Shown in pieces: positions 60,020 through 64,000 of a stretch of DNA of 64,000 nucleotides. The position numbers and the translations under genes were made by a program. Source of the DNA: Squalus acanthias. Taxonomy: Eukaryota. How positions within the stretch are numbered: position 1 is the stretch's first letter; the number at the start of each line of letters is the position of its first letter. The DNA is taken from the NCBI GenBank assembly GCA_030390025.1, contig JASTWF010000344.1, positions 434,001 through 498,000 on the forward strand. The letters are read 5' to 3'. The notes below the pieces were generated by a model. That model was not told where the DNA came from and made no database searches. It saw only the letters and a list, made by a program, of their open reading frames with translations.

Positions 60020-61603
60020 CACATCAGAATCTTATATGTTTAGTAAGATCACCTCTCATTCTTCTAAACTCCAATGAATATAGGCCCAAACTACTCAACC
60101 TTTCCTCATAAGACAACCCCTTCATCTCAGGAATCAACCTGATGAACCTTCTTTGAACTGCCTCCAATGCAAGTATATCCCTCCTTAAATAAGGAGACCA
60201 AAACTGTACGCAGCACTCCAGGTGTGGTCTCACCAATGCCCTGTACAGTTCTAGCAAGACTTCCCTTTTATACTCCATCCCCCTTGCAATAAAGGCCAAC
60301 ACTCCATTTGCCTTCCAAATTACTTGCTGTACCTGCATGCTAACTTTTTGTGTTTTATGTACGAGGACACCCAGATCCTTCTGTACCGCAGCATTCTGTA
60401 GTCCTGCCACTACTCCCTTAATAATGGATTCCAGCATTTTCCCAATGACAGATGTTAGGCTAACTGGCCTATAGTTTCCTGCTTTCTGTCTCCCTCCTTT
60501 CTTGAATAGGGGAGTTACATTTGCGGTTTTCCAATCCGCTGAGGCCTTTCCAGAATCTAGGGAATTTTGGAAGATTACAACCAATGCATCCACTATCTCT
60601 GCAGCCACTTCTTTTAAGACCCTAGGATGCAGGCCATCAGGTCAAAGGGACTTGTCAGCCTTTAGTCCCATTAGTTTGCTTAGTACTTTTTCTCTTGACT
60701 ATCTACTATTATTGGGATGCTTTTAGTGTCTTCTACCGTGAAGACAGATACAAAATATTTGTTCAAAGTCTCTGCCATTTCCTTGTTTCCCATTATTAAT
60801 TCCCCAGTCTCATCCTCTAAGGGCCCAACGTTTACTTTAGCTACTCTCTTCCTTTTTATATACCTGTAGAAGTTTTTACTGTCTGTTTTTATATTTCTTG
60901 CTAGTTTACTCTCATAATCTATTTTCTCCCTCTATTATTTTTTTAATCATCCTTTGCTGGTTTTTAAATGTTTCCCAATCCTCTGGCCTACCACTAATCT
61001 TCACAGCATTGTAAGCCTTTTCTTTCAATTTGATACCATCCTTAACTTCCTTAGTTAACCACGGATGGTTCATCCTTCTCGTAGAGTCTTTCTTTCTCAC
61101 TGGAATATATCTTTGTTGAGTTATGAAATATCTCCTTAAATGTCTGCCACTGCTTATCTACCATCTTACCTTTTAATCTATTTTCCTAGTCCACTTTAGC
61201 CAAATCTGCCTTCATACCCTTGTAATTGCCTTTATTTAAGTTTAAGACACTAGTTTCAGACCCAAGTTTCTCACCCTCAAACTGAATGTGAAATTCTATC
61301 ATGTTATGATCACTCTTCCCCAGAGGATCCTTTACTATGAGATCATTAATTAATCCTGTCTCATTACACATTACCAGATCTAAAATAACCTGTTCCCCGG
61401 TTGGTTCCACAACGTACTGTTCTAAGAAACCGTCCCGAATACACTCTACGAACTCGTCCTCAAGGCTACTTTTGCCAATTTCACTTGTCCAATCTATATG
61501 AAGATTAAAATCGCCCATGATTATTGCAGTACCTTTCTTACAAGCCCCCATTATTTCTTGATTTATACTCTGTCCTACAGTGTAGCTACTGTTAGGGGGC
61601 CTA

Positions 61604-63912
61604 TAAGAACATAAGAAATAGGATCAGGAATAGGCCACTTGGCCCCTCGAGCCTGCTCCGCCATTCAATAAGATCATGGCTGATCTTGGGCTCAAAGCCA
61701 CTTCCCTGCCCGCTCCCCATAACCCTTCACTCACTTATCTTGCAAAAATCTGTCTATCTCCACCTTAAATGTATTTAATGACCCAGCCTCCATGGCTCTC
61801 TGGGGCAGAGAATTACACAGATTTACGACCCTCAGAGAAGAAATTCCACCTCATCTCAGTTCTAAAAGAGCGACCCTTTATTCTGAAACTATGCCCCCGA
61901 GTTCTAGATTTCCTCACGAGGGAAAACATCCTCTCTGCATCTACCTTGTCGAGCCCCCTCAGTATCTTATATGTTTCAGTAAGATCACCTCTCATTCTTC
62001 TAAATTCCAATGAGTATAGGCCCAACCTGCTCAACCTTTCTTCTTAAGTCAACCCCCTCACCTCTGGAATTAACCTAGTGAATCGTCTCTAAACTGCCTC
62101 CAATGCAACTATATCCTTCCTTAAATAAGGAGACCAAAACTGTACGCAGTACTCCAGGTGTGGTCTCACCAATACCCTGTACAGTTGTAGCAGGACTTCC
62201 CTGCTTTTATACTCCAACCCCCTTGCAATAAAGGCCAACATTCCATTTGCCTTTTTGATTACTTGCTGTACCTGCATGCTAACTTTTTGTGTTTCATGCA
62301 CAAGGACCCCCAGGTCCCTCTGAACTGTAGCCTTTTGCAATCTCTCTCCATTTAAATAATTTGTGACGTAAGAAAACTACTAGGCACTTGGTCTAAGCGT
62401 TAAACAAAGCTTTAATCAACTGTTTTACAACATGGAGGTCTAGTTGTGGCCTTCACTAGTTCCTGTTAAGAATGTCCTGCGCAAGCCCGAGTATTTATAC
62501 TCTCCCTGGACAGCGCCACCCACAGGCCACTCAGTATTATTTCATAAGTCATGAATGACAGATTCACGTTACAGTAATTTGCTTTTTTTATTTTTCCTGC
62601 CAAAGTGGATAACCTCGCACTTTCCCACATTATACTCCATCTGTCAAATATTTGCCCACTCACTTAGCCTGTCTCTATCCCTTTGCAGATTCTTTTGAGT
62701 CCTCTGCGTAACTTGCTTTCCCACCCATCTTTGTATCATCCGCAAACTTGGCTACATTACACTCGGTCCCTTCATCCAAGTCATTAATGTAGATTGTAAA
62801 TAGTTGAGGCCCCAGCACCGATCCCTGTGGCACCCCAGTAGTTACTGTTTGCCAACTGGAAAATGACCCATTTATCCCGACTCTCTGCTTTCTGTTAGTT
62901 AGCCAATTCTCTATCCATGCTAATATATTACCCCCAACTCCGTGGGCTCTGATCTTATGCAGTAACCTTTTATGTGGCACCTTATTGAATGCCTTCTGGA
63001 AATCCAAATACACCACTTCCACTGGCCCACCTTTATCTACCCTACTCGTTACATCCTCAAAGAACTCCAGCAAATTTGTTAAACATGATTTCCCTTTCAT
63101 AAAACCATGCTGACTCTGCTTGACTGCATTATGATTTTCCAAATACCGCTTCCTTAATGAAGGACTCCAGCATTTTCCCAACGACAGATGTTAGGCTAAC
63201 TGGTCTATAGTTTCCTGCTTTCTGTCTCCCTCCTTTCTTAAATAGGGGTGTTACATTTGTGGTTTTCCAATCCACTGGGACCTCTCCAGAGTCCAAGGAA
63301 TTTTGGTATATTGCAACCAATGCATCCACTATCTCTGCAGCCACTTCTTTTAAGATCCTGGGATGCAGGCCATCTGGTCCAGGGGACTTGTCGTCTTTTA
63401 GTCCCATTATTTTATCAAGTACTTTTTCCTTAGTGATAGTGATTGTCTTTAGTTCCCCCCTCCCTGTGGCCCCTTGATTATCCATTATTGGGATGTTGTT
63501 AGTGTTTTCTACCGTGAAGACAGATACAAAATATTTGTTCAGAGTCTCTGCCATTTCCCCGTTCCCCATTATTAATTCCCCATTCTCGTCCTCTAAGGGA
63601 CCAACATTTACTTTAGCTATTCTCTTCCTTTTTATATACCTGTAAAAGCTCCTACTATATGTTTTAATATTTCTTGCCAGTTTACTCTCATAATACATCT
63701 TCTCTCTATTATTTTTTTAGTCATGCATTGCTAGTTTTTAAAAATTCCCAATCCTCTGGCCTCCCACCAATCTTGGCAACATTGTATGCCTTCGTTTTCA
63801 ATTTGATACCATCCTTTACTTCCTTAGTTAGCCACAGATAGTGCTCCCTTCTCTTAAAATCTTTATTTCTCACTGGAATATATTTCTGTTGCGTTATGAA
63901 ATATCTCCTTAA
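61604..63912 (-). mobile_element. CR1 LINE ORF2 (RT) and 3' end
   Basis: [39 protein letters not shown] on minus strand. Confidence 0.93.
62362..62573 (-). mobile_element. 212-bp solo LTR inside CR1
   Basis: TGTGACGT...ACGTTACA termini; minus-strand TATAAA then ATTAAA; TAATT on both flanks (TSD imperfect). Confidence 0.7.
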
Positions 63913-64000
63913 AAAACATAGACGACTCCCACCAGTGACTTCTTTCCCATACTATTTCTTATCTCCACCCAAACTGATTCTACATCTTGATCTTCCAAAG

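Larger units (their letters stand above)
59537..61603 (-). mobile_element. CR1 LINE with internal RT deletion
   Basis: 3' (CATAAGAA) tail at 59539; ORF 60024-60608 fuses LESIIKG directly to QKDLGVLV; APE MGDFN in 61186-61551. Confidence 0.9.

Overview
Repeat-rich vertebrate genomic DNA, almost certainly from a cartilaginous fish (CR1 LINEs, DeuSINE/SacSINE1-like SINEs, Penelope-like elements). Three host genes are recognisable, and their human orthologues lie together on 19p13.11. KLHL26 exons 1-2 are on the minus strand (4237-4664) with a GC-box promoter. LRRC25 has a complete two-exon CDS on the plus strand (36723-39378, 324 aa). Two internal CRTC1 exons are on the minus strand (47205-47248, 57480-57565); the 3' exons expected after them are missing beyond an N-gap. 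Roughly half of the window is tandem repeat: 31-, 23/20-, 33-, 19-, 46/48- and 24-bp arrays plus a G-rich tract. The long ORFs over these arrays are artefacts. I see no unambiguous new protein system. The most interesting signals are: (1) a 14-kb hairpin-unit satellite expanded from inside one SINE, with an unexpanded copy in the same window; (2) an array of about 38 poly(A)-signal units just after LRRC25; (3) a CsRn1-clade Gypsy element (CHCC Gag motif, tRNA-Trp PBS) just upstream of the candidate LRRC25 first exon; (4) about 110-nt hammerhead-ribozyme mini-retroelements with target-site duplications (TSDs); (5) a four-level nested insertion with every TSD intact. Gene and family names come from recalled sequence similarity, not database searches.
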